This document shows positions 9,903 to 18,887 of a stretch of 64,000 nucleotides of DNA, piece after piece. The position numbers were made by a program, and so were the translations under genes. Below the pieces are notes generated by a model. It was not told where the DNA came from, made no database searches, and was given only the letters and a program-made list of their open reading frames with translations. Numbering within the stretch: position 1 is the first letter of the stretch; each line of letters begins with the position of its first letter. The stretch comes from Spirochaetia bacterium. Its GTDB lineage: Bacteria; Spirochaetota; Spirochaetia; UBA9216. The DNA lies in the NCBI GenBank assembly GCA_963675665.1, contig OY776510.1:2112001-2176000 (forward strand), in the 5' to 3' direction.

Positions 9903-11262
9903 TCTGATGGTTGTCGATAATGAAAAATTACTTCTTCAAAGCCTGGTGGATTTACTCGAATCCCAGAATTATAGTGTGGAAGCTTTTTTATCTGCTGAAT
10001 CCGCATTAAAGGTTTTGTCCGCAGGTAATAAGCATTTTGATATTATCTTAACGGACATCAATATGCCGGAAATGGACGGGTACCGGTTTATTGAAAAAGC
10101 CGGAGAAATTATAAACGATACCGTCAAAATTATAGTACTAACCGGTTACGGCTCAATTGAGAGTGCGGTCAAAGCTGTTAAGCTGGGCGCGGATTCATAC
10201 TGCCAGAAAGACCAGGACCCTGAATTGCTTCTTTTTGAAATTCAGAAACTTGTAAAACAGATAAGAATGTGTCAGGATTTGGATTTACTGCAGAGAGCGG
10301 CTGAGGAAAATCAACTTTACCTGTTTGATTCTTCAGATAAAAAAACACGAGAAGTCTTTAGTACCGCAAAGCAGGTGGCTCCGAAGGATGTTAATATTCT
10401 TGTTACAGGAGAGAGCGGTACAGGAAAGGAGATTCTGTCCAGATTTATTTATAACAACAGCGGGGTGCCCGGCCGGTTTGTGTCCGTAAACTGCAGTGCA
10501 ATTCCGGATTCTCTTTTTGAAAGCACGATGTTCGGCCATGTTAAAGGGGCATTTACAGGCGCTCATAAAGACTCAACGGGTTTTTTTGAGCAGGCGGAAA
10601 ACGGAGTTCTCCTGTTGGATGAAATAGGGGAACTTTCTCCAATGAACCAGGCAAAACTGCTGAAAGTAATTGAAGAGAGATATTATTTTCCTGTCGGATC
10701 TTCAGAACGCCGGGATACAACCTGCAGGATTATTGCGGCTACAAATCAGGATCTGGCAAAGAAAATCGAAAATGGAAGTTTTCGAACGGATTTTTATTAT
10801 AGGCTGAACACTGTAACCTTGAACCTTCCGCCTTTGAGGAAACGCCGGGATGATATTCTAAAGCTTGCAAATATATTCATTAAGCAGTTTTCACGTAAAT
10901 ACCAGAATGATCTCGAAGGTATAAATCCTCAGGGAGAGAGGGCTCTGACTGCATATGACTGGCCCGGGAACATCAGGCAGCTGCGGCAAACAATGGAAAG
11001 ATGCGTTTTGTTTTCATCCGGGAAAACTATCGATTCGAATCTTATAATACAGAATATTACTGAGAGTTCAGGTTCCTGTGAAGATGGAGTAAAAGTTGAC
11101 CGGGGGAATGGTTATAAGGAAGCCAGGTTCGTATTTGATAAAGGGTATTTCTCAGCGTTACTTGAAACAGTCGAAAATAATATCAATGAAGCTGCGGTAT
11201 TGTCCGGGTTAAACAGGACTTATATTTATAAAAAACTGAAAGAACTGGGATTGTATAATTAG
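9889..11262 (+). CDS. sigma54-dependent response regulator (REC-AAA+-Fis HTH)
   Basis: REC DINMP, GESGTGKE, GAFTGA, LLDEIG, WPGNIRQL, C-terminal HTH. Confidence 0.95.
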   Translation: MNRINLMVVDNEKLLLQSLVDLLESQNYSVEAFLSAESALKVLSAGNKHFDIILTDINMPEMDGYRFIEKAGEIINDTVKIIVLTGYGSIESAVKAVKLGADSYCQKDQDPELLLFEIQKLVKQIRMCQDLDLLQRAAEENQLYLFDSSDKKTREVFSTAKQVAPKDVNILVTGESGTGKEILSRFIYNNSGVPGRFVSVNCSAIPDSLFESTMFGHVKGAFTGAHKDSTGFFEQAENGVLLLDEIGELSPMNQAKLLKVIEERYYFPVGSSERRDTTCRIIAATNQDLAKKIENGSFRTDFYYRLNTVTLNLPPLRKRRDDILKLANIFIKQFSRKYQNDLEGINPQGERALTAYDWPGNIRQLRQTMERCVLFSSGKTIDSNLIIQNITESSGSCEDGVKVDRGNGYKEARFVFDKGYFSALLETVENNINEAAVLSGLNRTYIYKKLKELGLYN

Positions 11263-11282
11263 CGGATATAATTCTATTGTAA

Positions 11283-11308
11283 AAAAAGGCTGCCGGAGCA
11301 GCCTTTTT
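11283..11308. terminator. bidirectional intrinsic terminator
   Basis: AAAAAGGCTGC-CGGA-GCAGCCTTTTT between convergent genes. Confidence 0.85.
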
Positions 11309-11310
11309 AG

Positions 11311-11436
11311 TTATTCGTCATTACTGTTGAGATTTTTAAGTTGTGCCTTTGCACCTTTAACATACCAAAAGATCAAGGCAATGGGGCCTGCAATTGAAAT
11401 TGCGCCCATAATATAACATGTTACGTCCCAACCCAT
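11311..11436 (-). CDS. 41-aa single-TM small protein coupled to the symporter gene
   Basis: MGWDVTCYIMGAISIAGPIALIFWYVKGAKAQLKNLNSNDE. The ATG overlaps the symporter stop (TAATG), is preceded by AAGGAGG, and the ORF ends just before the terminator. Confidence 0.75.
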   Translation of the reverse strand: MGWDVTCYIMGAISIAGPIALIFWYVKGAKAQLKNLNSNDE

Positions 11437-12944
11437 TATACGGCCTCCTTGACAGTTTCTTTGCCTGCAGCATTTGCTATAAGGTAAACTACAATTACCA
11501 ACGGTACTATAATCAGGATACCCTGCTCCTGCCATATTTCGATATTTCCAATTTTAACCAGATAAACTTCCCAGTCGTCGCTCCATGTTCCGAAAAAATT
11601 GGCCCAGATGTACCATACTACAGAGCAAATCAGTCCAACTGCAGTGGATAATGTTCCGGCAATCTTTTTGGGCGGTTTTTTACTGAATGCGCCGAAGTAG
11701 ACCGGAACAAGGGCTACCGACAGTATAATGGTTGCCTGGAAGACCCAGACTTCCATAATGGCATCAAAGGTGAATGTCAGTGCAAGGGCAAGGGCTGCAG
11801 ATATCAGCATACCTATCTTGGTCATTCGTTCAACCTGTTCAGAGGTTGCGTCCGGCTTGATTATATTCTTGTAAATATCATATCCGACAACACCACCGCC
11901 TACCAGAAAATAGGAGTCGGCTGTAGACATCGCGCAGGCCAATGTTCCAGCCAGGAAGACGCCCATAAGTCCAATAGGCAGGTATTGTCCGCAGATTGCG
12001 AACAGTGCCTGATTGGCTTCTACTTCGGGGATTATTCCCAAGCCTATTGCCGCAGCTCCGAGGATCCCAAGGAAAGTTACGCACCAGTCAAACGACAGCC
12101 ACATCGGAACACCGGCTCCGAAAGCCTTTTTGATTTCATTAGGCCCTGCCGATGCGAATACCCTCTGGAAAAAAGCGGGTTCTGCCAGTACTGCCAATGA
12201 TGTTATCGCATATGAAACCAGGGTCCACGGGCTCAGGTAACCGGCCCCGGCGCTGAAGAAATAACTTGCGTCTTCGGCGCTTCCCGTCCACTCGATCAAT
12301 CCTTCAAATACACCGTCGTATCCGCCGATTGCGTTCCAGCCGATGATCAATGCTATTCCTACAGTTATCATCATGGAGATGAACTGTATGAAGTCGGTCA
12401 TTGTAACGGCCCACAAACCGCCTGTCCAGGTGTAGATTAGAACAAGAACCGCGCCTATCAGGGTCCCCGTCCAGATCGGCATACCGGTAATCAGGTTGAG
12501 GATAAACCCTATTCCCATCATCTCCATGGTATTTGTAGAATAAAGAAAGGCTGCGATGGATGTGAAAACGCCTGCAGGTTTTCCGTATTTCTTAAAAGCA
12601 ATTTCCTGCATTGTTGTTCCGTCGGGAAATACTTCTTTGAACTTCGGTGCAAGAAAAGCCATAATTATGTATAAGGCTGTATACGGCAGCGAATACGCAA
12701 AGAATGCCGAGATCCCCTCGTAGAATCCGACTTCGGATGTTCCGAACAGTGTATCAAGACCGTAAAAGGTTGATACAAGTGTTCCGACCAGAAGCGGCGC
12801 GGTAAGCGAACGGCCCGCCATGAAGTAGTCATCAAAACCTTTTTGTCTTTTCGAGAAATAAAACCCGACAAAGAGCATGAAGGCTATGTACACCAAGACA
12901 ATTATCCAGTCGATAAAATGCAAATTTACTACAATTCCATCCAT
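11436..12944 (-). CDS. sodium:solute symporter (SSS) family protein
   Basis: DYFMAGRSL, YTWTGGLWAVTMTDFIQ, FFQRVF, AMSTADS; about 13 TM segments. Confidence 0.92.
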   Translation of the reverse strand: MDGIVVNLHFIDWIIVLVYIAFMLFVGFYFSKRQKGFDDYFMAGRSLTAPLLVGTLVSTFYGLDTLFGTSEVGFYEGISAFFAYSLPYTALYIIMAFLAPKFKEVFPDGTTMQEIAFKKYGKPAGVFTSIAAFLYSTNTMEMMGIGFILNLITGMPIWTGTLIGAVLVLIYTWTGGLWAVTMTDFIQFISMMITVGIALIIGWNAIGGYDGVFEGLIEWTGSAEDASYFFSAGAGYLSPWTLVSYAITSLAVLAEPAFFQRVFASAGPNEIKKAFGAGVPMWLSFDWCVTFLGILGAAAIGLGIIPEVEANQALFAICGQYLPIGLMGVFLAGTLACAMSTADSYFLVGGGVVGYDIYKNIIKPDATSEQVERMTKIGMLISAALALALTFTFDAIMEVWVFQATIILSVALVPVYFGAFSKKPPKKIAGTLSTAVGLICSVVWYIWANFFGTWSDDWEVYLVKIGNIEIWQEQGILIIVPLVIVVYLIANAAGKETVKEAV

Positions 12945-13142
12945 ACTTTTTCGATTCCTCCTCCTAACATTTTCTTAATTTTACCATTGATTGAATCTAA
13001 AAACAATTTTTATTTTTCTTCTGATTGAACCGGTGAACAATTTATTTATTTTCCTTTTAATTTTGGTTAATGTTTATTAGAATAACTGAAACAAAATAAA
13101 ATCTTTTCAAAGTAATAAGCTGACTATCAATAGAGGTGAAAA

Positions 13143-14999
13143 ATGACAATTAAAAATAAACTGGTTACGCTGGTCTTCGGAGAAATGCTGATGTTTCTGT
13201 TTGTTATAGGGCTTATTGTTCTGCTGTTCATGCCTGTTATTTCAATCAACAGCGAATCTAACCAGTTGTCAAAACTTGCCGAACATATTTTATTAATGGA
13301 AGTAAGGATAAACTCCCTGATGCATGAGCCTTTCGGACTGGAATATGCCAAGGCGCTCGAACAAAAAGACAAGTTAAACGAACAATTCCGACAGGTTGAA
13401 AAAGAGAAAAATCTCAGTGCAATAAATGATAAGGTAGCGCAGTCTATCAAAGCAATTATGCTTCTCGAAGGGCTTTTTGAAGAGCGTTGGATTTCTGTGG
13501 TAGAGTTGACACCCCGTCTCCTTCAGGATTCAGAGGAAATAATGTTCACTACTGCCACCCCCCTTATAAATTTTTATAAAATGAGCGAATCACCAAGGTT
13601 TAAGAATAAAATAGATGTGCTTGCGAGGGTGGAAGAATACGAACAACAGATAGATGTTACCGACGGTGCTTTAAGTTCCGCGTATGATGTTATATCAACA
13701 CAATATGATATTATTCAGGCTGAGATCGCCAAGCGTATCAGGCAGTTAATTGTCAGAGCTTTGATTATTTTCGGAATTGTACTTATCGGTGTGATCTTTG
13801 TTGCTTTACGTTTGGCATCCTCATTAGCCGGAAATATTAAATCACTTTTAAACGGAGTTGAACTTTTACGCAACGGAAATCTTGCAACTGTATTTAACAC
13901 GGCTTCAAAAGACGAGATAGGAACGCTTGGGAAGAATCTGAATTTATTTACGGAAGAATTATCATCATCCATTCTCAAGATCAAGGAATCAAGTGCGAAT
14001 AACCTTGTTATGAAGGCTGAACTGTCGGTTGCCGCAGAGAATTCGGAACATTCTTCCGACGGAATTGCTGAAGTAGCAGACTCAATCAGGGAAGGAATGG
14101 TTGACCTTGACGGCAGAGTCGCCGAATCGGGCGAGGCTGTTAATATTGTAAAATCACGGACCGCGGAGTTGGGCGGTATGCTTGAAGAGCAGATGGCAAT
14201 GATTGAAGAGTCCACTTCGTCGGTTACTGAAATGATAGCATCAATTGGAAACGTCAATGAAATAACAGGTAAAAAAAAGGCGGCAACGGATGAACTTGTA
14301 AAGGCGGCAAATGAAGGCGGCGAACGTCTTACGCAGACTATCAGAATCATTCAGGAGATAACCGGTAATATTGATGAAATCCGCGGAACAGCTTCGGTTA
14401 TTCAGGCTGTTGCAGCCCAGACAAGTCTGCTTGCAATGAACGCTGCAATTGAAGCTGCACATGCAGGAGAATACGGTGCGGGGTTTTCGGTTGTCGCTGA
14501 AGAAATTCGTAAACTCGCCGATGCCTCGTCAGATAGTTCGAAACAGATAAGCGGAGTTATAAAAGATGTAATCGGCAGTATTGAAAAGGCGGCATCGTCC
14601 GGGGAAGAGACAAAACATGCCTTTGCGGATATAAATCGGGAGGTTATTGACGTTGCCGGAGCACTTGACGAAATAAGCTCCAGCATGGTTGAACTGGCGG
14701 CCGGGGGCCGACAAATTCTTGATGCCATGTCCAGGCTTCAGGGATATGCTTCCGGAGTTAACGACAGCAGCGGAACAATGGATGCAGCTGCGGACCGGCT
14801 TGAATCAGCATTCAGAACCGTAGAGCGCGTAACCAGCAGCGTGCTGTCTGAAATAGCCGGCATAGGAAACCGTATAGATGAAATAAGCAGTGCCGTGGCG
14901 GTTGTTGCGGGGATAAGCAGCCGTCTGAGCACCGAGTCTGAACGGCTTGAAGCGGAAGCTGTCAGGTTCACCGTAGGCGAGAGTGGTCAGGTCGATTAG
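13143..14999 (+). CDS. methyl-accepting chemotaxis protein
   Basis: 2 TM segments, HAMP (DEIGTL), signalling hairpin QTSLLAMNAAIEAAHAGEYGAGFSVVAEEIRKLA. Confidence 0.95.
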   Translation: MTIKNKLVTLVFGEMLMFLFVIGLIVLLFMPVISINSESNQLSKLAEHILLMEVRINSLMHEPFGLEYAKALEQKDKLNEQFRQVEKEKNLSAINDKVAQSIKAIMLLEGLFEERWISVVELTPRLLQDSEEIMFTTATPLINFYKMSESPRFKNKIDVLARVEEYEQQIDVTDGALSSAYDVISTQYDIIQAEIAKRIRQLIVRALIIFGIVLIGVIFVALRLASSLAGNIKSLLNGVELLRNGNLATVFNTASKDEIGTLGKNLNLFTEELSSSILKIKESSANNLVMKAELSVAAENSEHSSDGIAEVADSIREGMVDLDGRVAESGEAVNIVKSRTAELGGMLEEQMAMIEESTSSVTEMIASIGNVNEITGKKKAATDELVKAANEGGERLTQTIRIIQEITGNIDEIRGTASVIQAVAAQTSLLAMNAAIEAAHAGEYGAGFSVVAEEIRKLADASSDSSKQISGVIKDVIGSIEKAASSGEETKHAFADINREVIDVAGALDEISSSMVELAAGGRQILDAMSRLQGYASGVNDSSGTMDAAADRLESAFRTVERVTSSVLSEIAGIGNRIDEISSAVAVVAGISSRLSTESERLEAEAVRFTVGESGQVD

Positions 15000-15002
15000 G
15001 AA

Positions 15003-15422
15003 TCAGCTCTTTTCGTAATCTTTTATCATCTGCTTCATCTCGTCACTGATAACCATGGTTTCCTGCTTTTCGTAATCAAATCCGACAAATATGGTAGTGC
15101 AGGTGGATTTAATCTCACCTGTATTGATATCGGTAATTCTTTGGTGCATGGTCAGAGACTTGTTTCCGGTTTTACTTACCCGGGTTTCGAGCTGTATTTT
15201 GTCATGGAGAAAAATCGGTATCAGAAAATCGGTTTTTACCGAAGCAACAACCACAGACTGCCCCCCCGGCTGGTAGTTTTTTCCGCTTATAACGGAGAAA
15301 TAACCTGCCCGTCCGATATCGTAGTATTGCTGATAGATTGAATTATTAACATGCTGTTGCCCGTCTATATCATTGAAGCGAATCTGGATAGGTTCTATAT
15401 ACCTGAATTTTTCTTCTTTCAT
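15003..15422 (-). CDS. acyl-CoA thioesterase (YbgC/4HBT hot-dog fold)
   Basis: IRFNDIDGQQHVNNSIY motif. Start placed at ATG 15422 because TTGACA-16-CATAAT lies 6 nt upstream (leaderless). Confidence 0.88.
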   Translation of the reverse strand: MKEEKFRYIEPIQIRFNDIDGQQHVNNSIYQQYYDIGRAGYFSVISGKNYQPGGQSVVVASVKTDFLIPIFLHDKIQLETRVSKTGNKSLTMHQRITDINTGEIKSTCTTIFVGFDYEKQETMVISDEMKQMIKDYEKS

Positions 15423-15456
15423 AGGGTGATTATGCTTATACATAGAGAAATGTCAA

Positions 15457-15520
15457 TGAAGTTTGCCGAAGGTAAACTTCAAAATGAAGGAGGAAAAGAG
15501 TCATCTTTTCCTCCTTCATT
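15457..15520 (+). repeat. copy of the dispersed double-hairpin element (B+C)
   Basis: TGAAGTTTGCC-GAA-GGTAAACTTCA, A, then AATGAAGGAGGAAAAGA-GTCA-TCTTTTCCTCCTTCATT. It lies exactly between two divergent -35 boxes. Confidence 0.85.
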
Positions 15521-15522
15521 AC

Positions 15523-15590
15523 TTGACTTAGCAATATAAAAGAAATATTATTGATAGTGAAAAGAAAGTAAAAGGAAAGTGTTTGAAAAG
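15523..15590 (+). promoter_or_regulatory. sigma70 promoter with phased GAAA(G) DeoR-type operator
   Basis: TTGACT-17-TATTAT. GAAA/GATAG/GAAAG at 15542, 15553, 15564 and 15575 (11-bp period). Confidence 0.7.
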
Positions 15591-15630
15591 ACAAGCACAA
15601 GCAGATATGGATCTTAACCAAGGAGCAAAA

Positions 15631-16893
15631 ATGAAAACCAAGGCAGTAAGGATATACGGAAAGAAAGATCTTAGACTCGAGGAATTTGAACTTCCTGAAA
15701 TGAAGGATGATGAAATAATAGCGAAGGTAATATCAGACAGCATATGTATGTCGTCATATAAAGCTGCAACCCAGGGCACCGAACACAAACGAATTCCGGA
15801 TGATATTGCTGTTAACCCTACAATAATAGGCCATGAATTCTGCGGCGAGATTGTTGAGGTGGGATCAAAATGGGCTGATCAGTTTAAACCCGGACAGAGA
15901 TTTTCTATCCAGCCTGCACTGAATTACAAGGGTTCGCTTGACGCACCCGGGTATTCATTCCGGTGGATAGGCGGAGACGCCACCAAAATACTGATACCGA
16001 ATGAGGTGATGGAAATGGGTTGTCTTCTGCCGTATGAAGGTGAGGCTTTCTTTATGGGTTCACTTTCGGAACCTGTTTCATGCATTGTCGGTACATATCA
16101 TGCAATGTACCATATCCCGCAGGGAACCTATGTTCATGATATGGGAATCCGTAAAGGTGGAAATATGGCAATTCTTGCCGGTGTCGGTCCGATGGGGCTG
16201 GGCGCTATCGATTACGCCATTCATAATCCTGTAAAACCCGGCCTGCTTGTTGTAACCGATATAGACGATGCAAGGCTTGAGCGTGCCGCTTCAATATACA
16301 CTGTTGGAGAAGCAGCTGAAAACGGCGTAAAACTTGTTTACCTTAATACAAAAAGCTGTAATGATCCTGTTGAACTTCTGATGGAGCAGACGAAAGGAAA
16401 CGGCTATGACGATGTAATGGTGATGGCACCCGTTCGCCCGGTAATCGAGCAGGGCGATTCGATCCTTGCAAAAGACGGATGCCTTAATTTTTTTGCAGGT
16501 CCGTCGGATACAAATTTTAAGGCTGAGATGAATTTTTATAATGTTCATTACGAATTTCACCATATTGTAGGAACCAGCGGCGGAAATACGGAAGATATGA
16601 AGGAATCTCTTGTCATGATGGGCGACGGAAGGCTTAATCCTTCAGCAATGATAACCCATGTCGGCGGTCTTGATTCGGTTGTAGAGACAACCCTGAACCT
16701 TCCGAGCATACCCGGAGGCAAAAAGCTTATGTACACTCACAAAAAGCTGCCGTTGACTGCAATAGCGGATTTTGCTGAAATCGGCAAAACAGATTCTTTT
16801 TTCGCGGAACTTGCAAAGCTAGTTGAAAAGTACAACGGATTATGGAATGTAGAAGCCGAGAAATACCTGCTGGAGAATGCTGAAGATATCTAA
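15631..16893 (+). CDS. sorE: L-sorbose-1-phosphate reductase-like zinc-binding dehydrogenase
   Basis: N-terminus MKTKAVRIYGKKDLRLEEFELP..DSICMSSYK, GHEF, GVGPMG, VGTSGG, ITHVGGL, GGKKL are typical of SorE. Substrate unproven. Confidence 0.8.
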   Translation: MKTKAVRIYGKKDLRLEEFELPEMKDDEIIAKVISDSICMSSYKAATQGTEHKRIPDDIAVNPTIIGHEFCGEIVEVGSKWADQFKPGQRFSIQPALNYKGSLDAPGYSFRWIGGDATKILIPNEVMEMGCLLPYEGEAFFMGSLSEPVSCIVGTYHAMYHIPQGTYVHDMGIRKGGNMAILAGVGPMGLGAIDYAIHNPVKPGLLVVTDIDDARLERAASIYTVGEAAENGVKLVYLNTKSCNDPVELLMEQTKGNGYDDVMVMAPVRPVIEQGDSILAKDGCLNFFAGPSDTNFKAEMNFYNVHYEFHHIVGTSGGNTEDMKESLVMMGDGRLNPSAMITHVGGLDSVVETTLNLPSIPGGKKLMYTHKKLPLTAIADFAEIGKTDSFFAELAKLVEKYNGLWNVEAEKYLLENAEDI

Positions 16894-16915
16894 TTTGCGT
16901 ATTCCTCAGAATTAT

Positions 16916-16961
16916 ATAGCCCCCTGTACGAACTTTTTTCTGCAGGGGGCTATTTTTTTTT
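16916..16961 (+). terminator. intrinsic terminator
   Basis: ATAGCCCCCTGTA...TGCAGGGGGCTAT followed by a T run. Confidence 0.85.
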
Positions 16962-17074
16962 GTTATCGTAATTCCTGTTTATCTGTACAGGCAAGTTTTC
17001 AAATTAATCCGGGCCCGATCCGGTATTCAGTGTTATACTGTTTATGCAAACATAACACATCAAGGAGGGTTGTT

Positions 17075-17608
17075 TTGGAACTTACACCCAAAGATATTCC
17101 AATTGAATTCCTGCAGGGACTGCCGGACGGTATCAAGCTGGTCAGCCGGAAGGGACACCCGTATCTGGTGCTTGAGAAGGCCCTGGATAAAAACGGAAAC
17201 AGTATTATAGACGAAACTGTTCACATCCACGGGGAACCTTCAGTCAAGCTGAAAGCCAAAGTCGGCAAAGCTGAAGGCTCGCTTTTTGTAGACGCATACT
17301 GGGGAAGCCACGCCAAGCTGTACAGCTTCATACCTGATTTTTCAAACGGAGGTTCGGTTGAAGCCTACAGTCCTGTCGACGGATCAAGTTTAATGGTGCC
17401 GTGGGAGTGCCCTATTGAAGGGTGCAACGAAAAGCATGGGATCCTGCTTACGCTGCCGGGGGGGCAGAACTCGATAATCGTATGCGGGAAACTGGGCTGT
17501 CCGGGCCATCATATCAATGTCACAAGACTGGCGGAAGGTGTCAGCGAAACTATAAGCAATATCAACTATTTCGGACACGGAGACGACGATCCGTTCTCCG
17601 ATTTTTAA
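17075..17608 (+). CDS. hypothetical Cys/His-motif protein heading the vor operon
   Basis: TTG start after AAGGAGG, in frame with ORF 16877. CPIEGC...CGKLGCPGH motif. Confidence 0.7.
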   Translation: MELTPKDIPIEFLQGLPDGIKLVSRKGHPYLVLEKALDKNGNSIIDETVHIHGEPSVKLKAKVGKAEGSLFVDAYWGSHAKLYSFIPDFSNGGSVEAYSPVDGSSLMVPWECPIEGCNEKHGILLTLPGGQNSIIVCGKLGCPGHHINVTRLAEGVSETISNINYFGHGDDDPFSDF

Positions 17609-17619
17609 GGAGGTTTTAA

Positions 17620-17838
17620 TTGACTGTTAATCAAGTAGTTGTAAACGCAGAGCTCTGTAAATCCTGCAGGGTATGCGTTGAAACCTGTCCTAATCATTGT
17701 CTGGAAATCGGGAGTGAAATCAATACTCTGGGTTACCAGGCAGTTCGATTCGATTCTGATAAATGCACAGCCTGCGGGCTTTGTTTTTACGTCTGTCCCG
17801 AACCGGGAGTTCTGACTGTAATAAAGGGGGCGGATTAA
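17620..17838 (+). CDS. 2x[4Fe-4S] ferredoxin-like delta subunit of the oxidoreductase
   Basis: CKSCRVCVETCP and CTACGLCFYVCP. Confidence 0.92.
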   Translation: MTVNQVVVNAELCKSCRVCVETCPNHCLEIGSEINTLGYQAVRFDSDKCTACGLCFYVCPEPGVLTVIKGAD

Positions 17839-18887
17839 TGGGTAAAACTCTTATCAAAGGCAACAGCGCCATAGTCCGCGGAGCATTGCTCGGCGGAGCA
17901 ACACATTTCTTCGGGTACCCAATCACCCCGGCGTCTGAGATAGCCCACGGGGCGGCGGATCTTTTTACGCGCGCCGGGCGGACATTTCTGCAGGCTGAAA
18001 GCGAAACAAGCTCAATCAACATGATTTACGGGGCTTCGGCCGCAGGATCAAGAGTTATGACCGCTTCTTCCGGTCCCGGCCTGTCATTGATGCTGGAAGG
18101 CCTAAGTTATATTGCCGGTTGTGAACTGCCTGCAGTTATTGTTGACGTGCAGCGCGCGGGCCCGGGGCTCGGTAATATCTGGCCGGAACAGTCGGATTAC
18201 AACACCTGCTGCAAAGGCGGCGGTCACGGGGCATTCAAGAATATTGTTTTTGCGCCTTCTTCCGGTCAGGAGATGACTGATTTCGCCTATAAGGCCTTTG
18301 ATCTTGCCGACAAATGGAGAATGACTGTAATTATTCTTTCCGACGCCTATATCGGTCAGATGATGGAGCCCGTAGGTTTTCCGACAACAGCAAAACACGG
18401 CGCCCGCAAGGACTGGGCGGTTTACGGCGATGCCGAAAGCAGGAATAACCTTGTATCATCCATCATAATGAACCAAAAAGGTCTTGCAGAGTTGAATGAA
18501 CGGCTCCAGGAAAAATATGCACGGGCAAAAAAAGAGCTGGTCGAATGGGAGGAAGAATATACCGATGATGCGGAGTTTATTCTGGTTGCTTTCGGTATTA
18601 CGGCCCGGATAGCTTCCACCGCCGTGAGAAAGCTGCGGGCCGAAGGCGTAAAAGCCGGTCTTTTCAGACCGAAGACGCTTTGGCCGTTTCCGTCCGAACG
18701 ACTTTCCGGGCTTTCAGCCAGGGTAAAAGCGATGGCTGTTGCCGAATTGAACGACGGAATGATGGCTGAGGATGTTGAACTGGCAGTAGCCGGTAAATGT
18801 CCCGTCTATCGTTATAACTGGTTCGGAGGAACTGTTCCCGGAGCCGCGGAAATAGCAGAAAGAGTAAAGGAGTCGCTGAATGGTTAA
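17838..18887 (+). CDS. vorB: 2-oxoacid:ferredoxin oxidoreductase alpha subunit (VorB-type)
   Basis: FGYPITPASE, QAESE, TASSGPG, QRAGPGLGNI; ATG overlaps the upstream stop. Confidence 0.88.
   Translation: MGKTLIKGNSAIVRGALLGGATHFFGYPITPASEIAHGAADLFTRAGRTFLQAESETSSINMIYGASAAGSRVMTASSGPGLSLMLEGLSYIAGCELPAVIVDVQRAGPGLGNIWPEQSDYNTCCKGGGHGAFKNIVFAPSSGQEMTDFAYKAFDLADKWRMTVIILSDAYIGQMMEPVGFPTTAKHGARKDWAVYGDAESRNNLVSSIIMNQKGLAELNERLQEKYARAKKELVEWEEEYTDDAEFILVAFGITARIASTAVRKLRAEGVKAGLFRPKTLWPFPSERLSGLSARVKAMAVAELNDGMMAEDVELAVAGKCPVYRYNWFGGTVPGAAEIAERVKESLNG

Noticed and set aside
16877-17074. N-terminal 66 codons of ORF 16877..17608
   Set aside because: They span the sorE terminator; the SD supports a TTG start at 17075.
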